Assembly: GCA_951406725.2 (NCBI GenBank)
Contig: OX597842.1
Coordinates: forward strand, 7,254,001 to 7,318,000
Direction: 5' to 3'
Source of the DNA: Octopus vulgaris
Taxonomy: Eukaryota
DNA: 64,000 nt
In this document: in pieces, positions 13,777-24,129 of the stretch
How the letters are laid out: each line of letters starts with the position of its first letter
Position numbering within the stretch: the stretch's first letter is position 1
The notes under the pieces: generated by a model
Told to the model about the DNA's origin: nothing
The model's input: only the letters and a program-made list of their open reading frames with translations
Database searches by the model: none
Made by a program: the position numbers and the translations under genes

Positions 13777-15007
13777 CATATATACGACAGGCTTCTTTCA
13801 GTTTCCGTCTACCAAATCCACTCACAAGGCTTTGGTCGGCCCAAGGCTGTAGTAAAAGACACTTGCCCAAGGTGCCACGCAGTGGGACTGAACCCGGAAC
13901 CATGTGGTAGGTAAGCAAGCCACTTACCACACAGCCACTCCTGCGCCAGACTATTGTATCCCAGACTATTGTATAACAAAGAGCCTGGGGATTAAATGAT
14001 GATGGTTATGGTTGGATTTCAAATAAAATTGTTAAAAATTATGTTAATCAGGAAAATTTAAAAACAAAAACATGACTATAAACTGAGGGAAGAGAAAGAA
14101 ATAAAAGAGAGAACTGAGAAGATAGTGTCCAGTTTAAAATGAGAAACAGGTTTCTTACCTTTTTTAATGATTTTGTAGACTCTTTCACATTGCGAGCCTA
14201 AAAGAGATGAAGACAAAAATATTTTCAAATTTTACATTTTTGAGTATTATTGTCGTCGTCATCGGCGGCATTTAATATCCGTTTTCCATGCAGAAATGAG
14301 TTGGACAGTTTAACCAGAGTTGACAAGATGGAGAGCTGCACAAGGCTCCAGTGGGATTTAGCATGCTGGGTGCTTTTATTTGGCACCACATGAGAGCCTG
14401 TTCATGGCACTGCCATGTGCTTTTTATGTGGCAATGGCACAGAAATCTTGCAGGCCAATCTTCTTCAGCAGGGGAGTGACCTTAACATATCTGCTGTGGA
14501 GTACGGCTCTCTTGAGTACAGCAAGGCCCCAGGCATTTTGCTTGTTTGTCATCTTGTCTGAAAGGCAAGTGGGAGTTGTAGGGTGTGGGACGTTGTCTCA
14601 CAGTTGCTGACAGTAAACCTCATTTCTCCCTCTGACTAAGGTTCATGAAGTATTTATTTACCGTCACGTTACAATACCTTGCTTTGACAGGCAGGTTATG
14701 ATAAATCCAAAAGCATGCGAAGAAAAGTTTGTGTTTGTGTTCTCTTCATTGTTTAGTAGTAAATACAGAAAGAGATAGAATGATATTGTAAGAGAACAGA
14801 ATTAGAGCTAGTGAGAGTTGTAAGGTGTGGGATGTTGTCTCACAGTTGCTGACAGTAAACTTCATTTCTCCCTCTGACTAAGGTTCTAGCTGGTCAGCCA
14901 ATACTGAAGGATTACCCACTAAAAAATAGAGCAAAAACAAATGAAAACTTACCATAAAAAATTGTAAACAAGGCAAAGAAGAAGAAGATGAATAGCTGAC
15001 TGTCCAT
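8715..15007 (-). CDS. Paralogue A: 260-aa type-I membrane protein with two atypical Ig-like domains; join(15007..14953,14197..14159,13372..13121,10544..10503,10187..9936,8857..8715)
   Basis: Assembled by hand. All introns are GTAAG...(Y)nAG, all phase 1, total 783 nt with no internal stop. Protein: MDSQLFIFFFFALFTIFYGSQCERVYKIIKKGSFVLGGNMTLQTEEIPSMERPVTWTNVNESFQCDTTCYKSGRVEVQQSGNISTILIKNISQADVDWTFRDKKTRYARVSLKEEGWQCKKEYKIGILKGNPVLGQSISLYVKDIPYMERPVVWRNRVRSIECNKEYCDRGKYVVRQIHRTSILYIENITREDLFWRFYDKNSCNATITLGIEDNEATKDFKVATSEGLSNGERIAISLCIFFFAGVILYALIIISLWRI*. Confidence 0.85.
9065..9483 (-). mobile_element. R4/Dong-like non-LTR RT fragment next to (TAA)n (duplicate 29109..29527)
   Basis: RRGIFQTDCLSPLIFVLCLIPLT...VNHLLF(T/M)DDLKLY. 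Confidence 0.75.
9936..10187 (-). CDS. Paralogue A Ig-like exon D2 (252 nt)
   Basis: ATTGCAG acceptor, GAAG|GTAAGG donor; 31/84 aa identical to D1 without gaps. Confidence 0.88.
10503..10544 (-). CDS. Paralogue A micro-exon 2 (GWQCKKEYKIGILK-G), 42 nt
   Basis: GAATAG acceptor, AAG|GTAAGT donor, homologous to micro-exon 1. Confidence 0.8.
10590..10820 (-). mobile_element. SINE 3' part (abundant family; duplicate ~30635..30870)
   Basis: CTCTTTTACTTGTTTCAGTCATTTGACTGCGGCCATGCTGGAGCAC motif recurs many times in the window. Confidence 0.75.
12720..13062 (-). mobile_element. SINE (duplicate 32820..33162)
   Basis: Same family, with part of the tRNA-like head (GGTTCAGTCCC B-box). Confidence 0.75.
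13121..13372 (-). CDS. Paralogue A Ig-like exon D1 (252 nt)
   Basis: ATTTCAG acceptor, GAAG|GTAAGG donor; motifs LGGNMTL, PVTW, CxxxC, STILIKNISQAD. Confidence 0.88.
13537..13946 (-). mobile_element. Full-length tRNA-head SINE in intron 2 of paralogue A
   Basis: Head GGCGCAGGAGTGGCTGTGTGGTAAG...GGTTCAGTCCC, internal (CA)n/(TA)n, family 3' end. Confidence 0.8.
14159..14197 (-). CDS. Paralogue A micro-exon 1 (GSQCERVYKIIKK-G), 39 nt
   Basis: CTTTTAG acceptor, AAG|GTAAGA donor, phase 1/1, open in both duplicates. Confidence 0.8.
14953..15007 (-). CDS. Paralogue A exon: ATG + signal peptide (MDSQLFIFFFFALFTIFY-G)
   Basis: TTTTTCAG|ATT-ATG acceptor, hydrophobic h-region, donor G|GTAAGT, 55 nt (phase 1). 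Confidence 0.85.
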
Positions 15008-15148
15008 AATCTGAAAAATAATTTTTAAAAAGAGTGAAAACTTGTTATCTCAGTCCCATCAATGGGAGGAACTGATAATATTTTAGGTCTTATTTTAACT
15101 CCTTTTATTTTCAGAATTTCAGTCCCAATGTCTTCTGATGTCACTTAC

Positions 15149-15200
15149 TCTCTCCTCCATTTCCCAAAACACAAAATAACAAGAAATATTCATGTCAGAT
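15149..15200 (-). other. Candidate 5' UTR exon of paralogue A (3' edge 15149; 5' edge unknown). The equivalent edge in paralogue B is 36486
   Basis: The ATG exon has an acceptor only 3 nt upstream, so an upstream non-coding exon is expected. The nearest consensus donor GA|GTAAGT is at 15148 and is conserved in both copies. Confidence 0.4.
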
Positions 15201-16152
15201 GTCTACTTAACAATCATGATGACATTGCTGTGGTATTTAACATTAGGTTATATATACGTGTATATATATAAAAGGCATCGTGTGTGTGTGCGTACGTGAA
15301 TGTAATTTATGCATGTCCACAAATTAGCAAGCATGTTGCTCTAATTTTAGGAGGACATTCGTCATGATCCTAGCTATATTTTCGTCAAATTATTTTACGT
15401 ATATTTCTAAGTGTATCTCTACTGATTTCCTATAGAATTTCAGGTAAACAGTGAATCTTATGATGTTTCATATTCAAATATGTTTATGTAAATGATGTTA
15501 TTAGAGACAGAAAAGATAGGTAATAGGTGTATGTACATATTTCGAGAGTTGTTGTCCTTTCATCAGCACCACATCCTACCCATCGACTATCCATGATGCC
15601 TAAAAGTGTTACACAGTGGGACTGAACCTGGAATCATGTGGTTGGGAAGCAAACTTGCTTGGTTTTAATAGTATTAAAATAGATTGTATTTGTATTTTAT
15701 GGTCAGATCAAGGATCTCATCAAATGCTGATGAAACCTGCTGCTCGAACCATGTAAACAAGTGAAGAAAATATATAGTGCATGTGTTTATTTGGCAAAAA
15801 AAATTTAAATAACCATCCTGAAATACAATATATATATATATATATATATATTAGAGAAAAACCACTATTATGCAATTCAAACAATGATAGACATAAACCA
15901 AATCATAAATAAAAAATAAAATATAGTTTAAAACATAACTAGATCACATTCATTTTTGTACTTTTTGTGATCTAGTTATATGTTTTATAATATATTTTAT
16001 TTTTTATCTATGATTTCGTTTATGTCTATCATTGTTTGAAGTGCATAATAGTGGTTTTCCTCTAATTTATAGATATTATATATTTATATTGTGAAATTTG
16101 ATTTAATACCAAATTGAATTTTTCCTTGTAAGTTTGGAGTTTATACTAAGAT

Positions 16153-16186
<34 letters not shown>

Positions 16187-16279
16187 CCCAATAACTGATG
16201 AGCATGTCCATGTCTTATTTTTTTCCTTATGTTCCTTTCTCATCCTTCTGTGCATTTCTTACTCTTTCCTTCTCTCTCT

Positions 16280-18280
16280 TATCATTTAACATCTGTTCTC
16301 CATGCTGGCATGGTTGGAATAGTTTGACAGAAGGTGACCAGCTGAAGAGCTGCCTGGGATCCATATTGTTTGTTTTGACATGGTTTTAGTGGCTGGATGC
16401 CCTTCCTAATGCCAACCATTTTACAGAGTATAATGTGTGCCTTTTGTGTGGCACCATCACCAGTGCTTTTCACAAGGTACCAGCAAGAACTTGCACGCTT
16501 TTCTTTTGTGGGACCATGGTTTTAGGATCTCAACTCTGTTGTGGTGGGGCAGCTCTGCTCAAGTATAGCAATGCACCAAATTTCTTCCTGTCATCTCTTT
16601 CATCAGGTTCAATATTTAAAGATTGGTCTTCAAAACATTGACACAAGTCTTCCTGGGTCTCCTTCTTCACACCAACACGTATCATATAATCTTCCCTTCA
16701 CCCAACAGAGGGAAAAGCTCTCGGAAACTTCTCCATCCTATTTTTATTCTAGCAATTACACTTTAAGTACAACCTCCTCCCCCTAACTAATCAGAACACC
16801 TAGGTAACAAAAACTATCTGCAACTTCTATAATCACAGGGACATTTAAGGAAATCAATTTCTCGTGTAGCTGTGGTCGTTATGGCTCCTGTACACCTTCA
16901 CATACAAACACTAATTTCTCTGTTATCCTTCCAACTATTCCACTACACCTCTTGCCTGCTTATAGCTTGCACTGGGTACATTGAATGGAATTACTGCCTA
17001 CACCCTTCCTACATACTGAATAGGGACATTTAGCTGATGGGCGAAAGGTCCTGTTGGGTTTCTTGCTTATTACAACCTTGGTCCTTGCTAAATTTACCTT
17101 AAGACCATCTAATTCCAGGTTCTGTTTCCGCACCCAGAATTTCTTTTCTAATTCTGTTACATATTCTGCTATGAGGGCAAGGTCATTAGCATGTAGAAGT
17201 CCTCTGGGCTTCCAGTCTTACATTGCTCTCTTATGGCCCAGAGGATGATGAAGAATAGTAGGGGGCTGGGAACCAACCCTTGGTGGACACCTACCTATGC
17301 ACTAAATTCATCAGTGTACACACGGCTAACTCTCACTTTACTAACAGTACCCCTTTACATGGCCTATACTACTTTCATGGGCCATTTGTCTATCTCTAAC
17401 TTCTTCAGGGACCACTCTATCTCACAGCAGGGATCTCTGTTGAAGGTTTTCTGCAGATCAACAAATGCCAAGTAAAACTGCTTGTTCTTAGCTAAATACT
17501 TCTTTTGACTATGTATTTCTATCTGGGACAAAATCAAATTGCATTTCAGCCAGCCTAATTCCGCTCCTAATTAATTGTGCTAAAATTCTCTCTACAACTT
17601 TCATCACCTGTTCCAGCATCTTGATACCTCTATAATTACTTCTAAGGCATCTCACTTGCTCTTGTAGCACCTGACTTCATTGTCATTAGGGATTACATCT
17701 TGAATCACCCAATTCACTACATTGGCGAGACTGTATCCAACTACCAGATATCTTAAGCATTTCGACAGTGACTCCTGATGGGTCAGGGGCCATTCCTATT
17801 TTCATATCTTTAATTGCTTTATCTATCATGCTGGTGTCAACCAGGACAGCTGGTCCCTTTGTAGGGTTCACATAAGGAAGATTCCCTTCCTCCCGTTCAT
17901 TCTCCACATCTAATAGTCCCTTATAGTAGCTCTTCCAAATTTCTTTTTCTCCAGAATCACTAATAGCAAACATACCATTATCTGTCCATACACACTTCTC
18001 TTCCACATGTTGATTCTCTAACACAAATGTCTGGCAACCCAGAACACCTCAAGTCTCTCATCTTCATATTGTAAACTCCTTCCTTTCTGCTTCTGCTCTG
18101 GCAAGATATACCTGACGTTTAGCTCCTCTTTTAGTTGTCTGATATGGTTGTTTGCTCCCCCAATTCTTCCTGTCATTCCAGGCTTGTCTTGTCTCTTCCA
18201 TAGTCATGACTAGCTTGTTCCATCACCAGGACTCTCTTGGGCTGGTGGAGCACAATTGTGCAGCTATGCCAATGGTCTGT
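16280..18280 (-). mobile_element. Decayed RTE-clade LINE (part re-duplicated at ~19188..19722)
   Basis: EKCV..DNG.FAISD..KEIWKSYY.GLL.VENE..., KAIKDMK.GMAPDPSGVTVEMLK, VGVHQGLVPSPLLFII. Confidence 0.75.
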
Positions 18281-18397
18281 GTTTAACTCAAACACGCACT
18301 CATACAATAATCCGTGAACAGAAGACAAAAGAAAATTGCAGCAAAGCTGTGGGATGGTGGTAACAGACGTGGGGCGAGATGCGTAGCCGTATTTCGA

Positions 18398-18622
18398 AGG
18401 CTGGCAGAGACGTTAGCACGCCGGGCGAAATGCGTAGCCGCATTTCGTCTGCCTTTACGTTCTGAGTTCAAATTCCGCCAAAGTCGACTTTGCCTTTCAT
18501 TCTTTCGGGGTCGATAAATTAAGTACCAGTTACGCACTGGGGTCGATGTAATCGACTTAATCCATTTGTCTGTCCTTGTTTGTCCCCTCTATGTTTAGCC
18601 CCTTGTGGGTAATAAAGAAACA
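18398..18622 (+). mobile_element. tRNA-head SINE ending in ...TAATAAAGAAAC
   Basis: GCTGGCAGAGACGTTAG A-box, GAGTTCAAATTCC B-box, core GGGGTCGATAAATTAAGTACCAGT. Confidence 0.8.
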
Positions 18623-19504
18623 GACGTGGTGTGCAAGGCCACCATTTAACTTGACATTGCATTTTTATTCTTCTCCTCAGTTTCATTTTGACATATGCCT
18701 TGCGTTCTTATCCTTCTGTGTCACGAATTCAGTGTGCACATGGATATTGCGTATTCATCCTTCTTGCCTTGGTTCCTACTCAGAACTGCTTTGGGTTCAT
18801 AACCATCTCACGAACTTCGATGGTTGTGGAATAACTGACGAGATTAGGAAATTATTGCAGTTTGATATCTAGGAGTGATCTCCCTTCTACGACTTCCTTG
18901 ACCGAGCAACAAACGGCCACACCCATTAACTGTTGCCTAGGAAACTGATCAGGTCCTTGGTGATGTTCACCGCGGTACATAATAACTCCTGATGCTTCAT
19001 ACATTCCACCCATTCCGGTGTTCCTTTTGATGTACGGACTATATTACCTGGATAGCACTACTGGATTATAAACCCTTTTGAATTAGACCTGGTAATAATT
19101 TTGAGTCTTTGTAAATGACAGGGAAATGGAATATTCGGCGGAATTCTAGTTTAAACTTTCCATATAACTCGTCATAACCTTCTTCATTATGGCTCCTGTA
19201 CATCTTCACATACAAACACTAATTTCTCTGTTATCCTTCCAACTATTCCACTACACCTCTTGCCTGCTTATAGCTTGCACTGGGTACATTGAACGGAATT
19301 ACTGCCTACACCCTTCCTACATACTGAATAGGGACATTTAGCTGATGGGCGAAAGGTCCTGTTGGGTTTCTTGGTCTTTGCTAAATTTACCTTAAGACCA
19401 TCTAATTCCAGGTTCTGTTTCCGCACCCAGAATTTCTTTTCTAATTCTGTTACATATTCTGCTATGAGGGCAAGGTCATTAGCATGTAGGAGTTCCTCTG
19501 GGCT

Positions 19505-19540
<36 letters not shown>

Positions 19541-22500
19541 TGTGTACAGTGCTCAGGTGCACTACAACTCATCTAAAGTGTATATATAATCAGGTGAAGT
19601 TTCGGCGGATTTCGGAAAGTCTTACATTGCTCTCTTATGGCCCAGAGGATGATGAAGAATAGTAGGGGGCTGGGAACCAACCCTTGGTAGACACTTACCT
19701 ATGCACTAAATTCATCAGTGTACTGTTACTATTATTTATGACAACCCTAACCCCAAAAACCTTAAAGGTAAAACCAGTACAAACGCACGAACGATGTCAT
19801 AACAGTGACAAACGAAATATACACGGAAGATAGTTGCTGTTGATAAACAAAAGCAGTAATTTTATTCAGCTGAATACACATCACTGATTTGTTGAAGGTA
19901 AAGATTCCATATAACTCGTCATAGCATTCTCCAGTTTCTTTGGGCATTCTTACACATGCATGACCCCCACCACAGAATTTGGGTAAAATTACAGATTAAC
20001 ACCCGCACGATTTTCACTAAGAAAAAAAAGACTCGGACTTTTTGCGTGGAATCAAGTACCCTGACCTCCTAATATGCTGCAAATCCCATATTTTGGTTCG
20101 GAATTGGTCCGGAGGGGGGCGGGGACCCTAATTCTAAAACCTTAACCCTAATTCTAAAACCTTAACCGTAAAGCTAAACGCACGACCGATGTCATAACTA
20201 ACAGTGACAAACGAAATATAGTTGACGGCTGTAATTTTATTCAGCTGAATACACATCACTGATTTGTTGAAGGTAAAGATTCCATATAACTCGTCATAGC
20301 ATTCTCCAGTTTCTCTGGGTATTCTTACACATGTATGACCCCCACCACAGAATTTGTTGACTCGTAACTGTCAGAAAAAATGGATATTTTTTAACAAAAG
20401 TTTCCACAAATACACTTTAGAGATCTTTTCGGTTTGGACGGCAGTTTTTTCTAGCGGTGTCATATGAAATTGACACCCATAATTATAACCCTAGTATCGA
20501 TCTATTGCATTTCAATCTCTTTTAGGGTTAGGGTTAGGGGTGGGGAGAAGGGTATCTATTTTCTTCAGAAATGTAAATAAACCCAATCTGTTTCTTAAAC
20601 GAGGGACATATTCATACGGCACAGACTGTTTTCACCTCAGATCCCACTTCAGATGTCATGGATGCCGATTACATCGGAATTTATTATATATTAAAAAAAC
20701 ATTCCGAGTGTGGGGTGAGGAGTTTTGGAAAATTCAAACGAAACAGTTTTCTTTATGGGTAACTTTAAGAAAAAAAAGCATCGTTTTTTAATGAAAACGA
20801 AAAATATCGATCTTCCGCAGATGGTATACCAAAACTGGAACCATTTGGATGGCGATTTCCATAAAAATATGTGGTAATCTTGCATATATACACCCTCGCC
20901 GACTTTGTTGCCTAACTGCCAGAAAAGTAGATACTTTTCAATGAAATTTTCTACAAATCGCTTAGATTCTGTAGATTCAGAATATATAGGAATGTGTTGG
21001 AAAGAACTTTTCTGAAGAGGTGTGGAAAGTTTCTGAAAATTCATACGACCCGACTTTTTTTCCTCATAACTTTTAGTAATTTAACGAATTGCTTTTTCAA
21101 GCGGTTTTTTTTTTTTGGATATTTCTTTTTAAAAAAATCTAAAATAATTTCTCGTTTTGTGTTGTTCTTGATTGCTTTTCATTCATCTATTCAAGAAGTA
21201 ACATAGAGGTGGATAACAAGTGCAGACAAAGGGATTAGTGTTGCATCATCTTCGAAGAACACCACAATCGTGTGACAAGTCGCTCCTACAACGACTACCT
21301 ATCCTATAACAAATGTTCATACAATTTCGGTTGAAAGTTATTAAACAACGTAAAAAAAAATATTTATGTTGTTTAGAAAAAAAATTTATTTACTTAGTTT
21401 TAAAAAAATTATTTATTTTGTTTAAAAAAACCGAAGTTATGATGAGGTACCAAAGGTTTATGTAATTATGGGTATGATGGGGGTACTTGCCGTGTATTTA
21501 GGTTGTTTAGAAAAAATTATTTATTTATTTTGTTTTGGAAAAAAAAACCTACATAACACACTCGCGCTAGGTAGTGGCTGTAGGATCGACTAGCAAGCGC
21601 TAGTACGCGAGTGCGCGCACCGGGACCACTCTTCTTAAATAGTACCAATAATATTTCATAAAGCATGGATTAGATTCTGTAGGTTTAAAATTGGTTTTAT
21701 GCAAGCAGGTATGTGTTTATCTATGCAGCCTGTGTATGGCTGTGGTGAGAGTTTTTCACCTCTTTTACTTTTTTCAGTAAAATACATATGCGAATGGTAA
21801 AAGAAAAACTATGGATCTTACATTCGACGGATATTCGTCCTCATCTTGTTTGTTGTTAAGAGTGGTTAAGAGCACGGGCTACTAACCCCAAGATTCCGAG
21901 TTCGATTCCAAGCAGTGACCTGAACACTAATAACATCGAAAAATATCCTTAGGAATGAGAACCCACGTTCGATGGAGGCTGGAGGGTATATCAGCCGAAA
22001 CCTTGTGTTAACAACAAACAAGATGACAGGTATCCGTCGAATGTAAATAACGTACATACTTTCTCATCTCTTAAATATAGAACTGTAAAAAGCATTCAGT
22101 TTACGAACTTTTTGCTTAAATCCCAGTAACAGGCCATGAAATGTGTTTATGGGGAAAAATATTGAAAAAAATCGATACATCGGAGGACAAATAAACGATG
22201 ACGGTATGAGATTGTCGTGAGGGTGGGTGGGCACTGTCATGGTGCTAAAAGTTCCAGTCCTTAAACTACACGCCAAAAAATGTTTTCTTTTTCTTTTTTT
22301 AACAACTTCATAATTACAAATTGCAAGATAAAATAAGGGTTTCTTACCTTCCTTCACTTAGCAAATAATTCCAGTCACTATTTGTGTACAAAGAATTGCA
22401 AGGGAACCGGTCTATCGTACGTAGTGGGCGAAATTAAAATAGATGCAGCAATGTGTGCGCCTGTAGCGGTATCTGTCACACACACACGAACACACAGACA

Positions 22501-23052
22501 CAAACACGTGTTGCATGCACACATACACAACACTTGCTAACACTCACAACCTTCTAACATTAACACCATTGTAAATAAAATCATTATCTTATTTCGAACA
22601 ATGGAACGGCTTGTCAACGTGCATCTATTTTCTCACATGCGGTCGTTTTTTAAAGAAATAACATGTGGTCGTTTTTTAAAGAAATAACATGCGGTCGTTT
22701 TTCCTACACGCCTTTCGTCGCTTTCCAGACTTGTCATAGCAGCCCGAAGTAACATTATCTTCCTATGTCGATGAGAGACGCCAACATGTGCCAATTTTTT
22801 CACACAATATCAAAACTTTATTTCGATTATTAATAAATCCATAAATATTAAGTTCTGTTTAGCTTTGATTACTTTAGGAGTCTAATCAAAGCAAGAAAAA
22901 AAACTATTGTGTAAATTTATTATATGAAATAATGCTTTATATTTGTAGTTAGAAAGTTCCTATTTTTAGCAGAAATATTTTTCTGCATTGAAAAACTGAA
23001 TTATTAAATAATTCTCAACATCGAGGGGTAGGACAAGGCACAGGCAGTTTAA

Positions 23053-24129
23053 CCCTTTCGTTACTATATTTCTGACCAAAATACACCCCTTATGTGTTTC
23101 AATTAATTTCTAACATAATCATAAATTTAGTCTGGCTTCATTAAACAACTATAACTTTTTTATTTATCAATATTTTATCTGATTTTTGGAAGATAATTTA
23201 ATGAAATGTTCTCAACCAATTCTATACTATAATTTTTGTCACAAGGTGACTCTAATTGCAGGTAGATACAGGTTAATTCAACAAAATATAAAATTATTAA
23301 ATTTTTTTTCAAACATCGCTATAGAAAATGGGTTATTAGCTAATATTCAATTGGGTATACAACAAAATTTTACGATAGAATTTGTTATTCTGGGTAACTT
23401 TCTGATACCCATAATAATATTTATGGCAAAATAGTCTGAATTTCATTTAAGGTTGTGGGAAACCACTAACTATCCTTTCTTTCGCTTTGTTTACATTTAG
23501 CGTAACGATTCGTTTCCGCCGTAATGAGTTCAAATAGACTCATCGGAAAAAGTAAAAAGAAATAGTCTATCACTTTACTCTCCTGGGAAAGTCTGTGGCT
23601 TGGTCCAGTTTCTTCAGAAAAATCACCGAAAGAAACAGTTTTAAATTTTCACTCCATTCAGGTGCCAATTCATTTTCTTTATCGCTGTCGGAGCTCTCGG
23701 ATTCACTGTTTTCACTTTCGGAAAATGAAACATCAGATTCATTATCAAATACCACGTGCTTTTCTTTTTTCAGTCATAGAGTTAGATTTATGAAGGTCTT
23801 CAGTAGAAAATCCTTCGAATTCTGACTCGCTGCTTGATATAATGAAATTCGTATCCATTTTTTGTCAGAATTACAAATTTTGAAAACACAATAGGAACAA
23901 ATTTCGGAAAAAAATCTCCCAAAATTAACGTAATTAAAATTACACTTTGATCGTTGTACAAAACTGTAGATGGACTGTTTACGAAGTATTATCACTTGTT
24001 TTCACGAATGTACTAAAGAGATTTGCTCTGATATTCTCATTTAAATATGAATAGGTAAATACGGGCGGGTTTGGTCACATTAACCAAAATTTCTTTCGGG
24101 CGGCTTTGGGCGGTTTGGTAACGAAAGGG
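23053..24129 (-). mobile_element. Duplicate of the piggyBac-like element
   Basis: Same TIRs and remnant ORF. Confidence 0.75.

Larger units (their letters stand above)
1..15850 (+). repeat. Segmental duplication copy 1 (begins at or before the window start)
   Basis: Colinear with 20117..38090; position 1 corresponds to 20117, and ORF translations recur in the same order. Confidence 0.95.
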
